Below are positions 63,723 through 64,000 of a DNA stretch of 64,000 nt, in pieces (within the stretch, counting starts at the first letter, position 1; every line of letters begins with the position of its first letter). Made by a program: the position numbers and the translations under genes. The notes under the pieces were generated by a model, which worked only from the letters and a program-made list of their open reading frames with translations, searched no databases and was not told the DNA's origin. Origin of the DNA: Phycisphaera mikurensis NBRC 102666 (GTDB lineage: Bacteria > Planctomycetota > Phycisphaerae > Phycisphaerales > UBA1924); the NCBI GenBank assembly GCA_943369765.1, contig CALROI020000006.1:89228-153227 (forward strand), given 5' to 3'.

Positions 63723-64000
63723 TCACGTATTCCGACCGCGTAGCGTCCTTACCACGTGCTTCGACTGCGTGACGAGGGCTGCATTTTTCGCTCGATTCAC
63801 GGGTTCGGACGGATCTGCTTTGCCCGACCAAGCGGTTTTCACGTATTGCTCGCACCGTCGAGTCGTCAAGGGCGCATCGTGCCATCCGCGCTCCGGGTAT
63901 TTCGCGAGGCCGTTGCGTAATTTCCCAACCACGCCGCCGATTGGAATTGGTGCCGCAGCACACCCCCAATCCGCTTCCGGCACCGCACGCTTGGCAAGAT
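63723..64000 (-). CDS. Possible 3' end of a gene continuing beyond the window (hypothetical)
   Basis: The reading frame stays open from 63723 to the window edge; codons upstream of the GTG at 63983 contain no stop. No recognisable motif. Confidence 0.25.
   Translation of the reverse strand, partial: LAKRAVPEADWGCAAAPIPIGGVVGKLRNGLAKYPERGWHDAPLTTRRCEQYVKTAWSGKADPSEPVNRAKNAALVTQSKHVVRTLRGRNT

Noticed and set aside
63646-63969. 107-aa minus-strand ORF downstream of the immunity gene
   Set aside because: Its Arg-rich, Cys-containing translation shows no motifs. It overlaps the alternative frame that stays open to the window edge, which is reported at low confidence instead.

Overview
High-GC bacterial DNA. 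Hand counts on sampled 60-nt lines give about 57% GC in the accessory region, 65-67% in the secretion genes and RHS core, and 43-52% in parts of the RHS gene. A secreted protein ending in a GC-type dockerin-like tail hints at a Planctomycetota/Phycisphaerae-like source; this is a weak inference. The dominant structure is that bases 1..54916 form a zero-spacer palindrome centred between 27458 and 27459 (x maps to 54917-x). No arm difference was found in any mirrored six-frame ORF pair or in the three stretches I compared base by base. Every gene in 27459..54916 is therefore present a second time, reverse-complemented, in 1..27458. The left arm is cut by the window edge, so the palindrome may extend further. 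Only 54917..64000 is unique. This most likely reflects a fold-back assembly or amplification chimera, or read-through of a hairpin end, rather than a stable chromosomal arrangement. It must be checked against raw reads. Non-redundant content, read along the right arm, starts with a lower-GC defence-island-like segment (27474..45094). That segment holds an orphan AbiEi-like regulator, a Gabija pair (OLD-family GajA plus UvrD-like GajB), a 701-aa orphan lipoprotein and an Ig-like/dockerin secreted protein. It also holds a three-gene ubiquitin-like conjugation operon (multi-ubiquitin/E2-like fusion with no cysteine, JAB-E1 fusion, DUF6527-like Cys-rich protein). Next come a translationally coupled RHH-GNAT-XRE-ImmA four-gene operon, two hypothetical proteins and an XRE-HTH/solute-binding-domain regulator. 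The segment ends at a 3' fragment of tRNA-Val(GAC), followed by an integrase and an excisionase. After that comes a compact secretin/ATPase cluster (GspD, GspE, C/L/M-like, TPR lipoprotein). It is divergent from a 2926-aa Sec-signal RHS/YD polymorphic toxin with a low-GC HNH/EndoVII-like C-terminal domain and a SUKH (SMI1/KNR4) immunity gene. All domain calls come from motif recognition by eye; no database search was possible. No rRNA, CRISPR array or transposase was seen.
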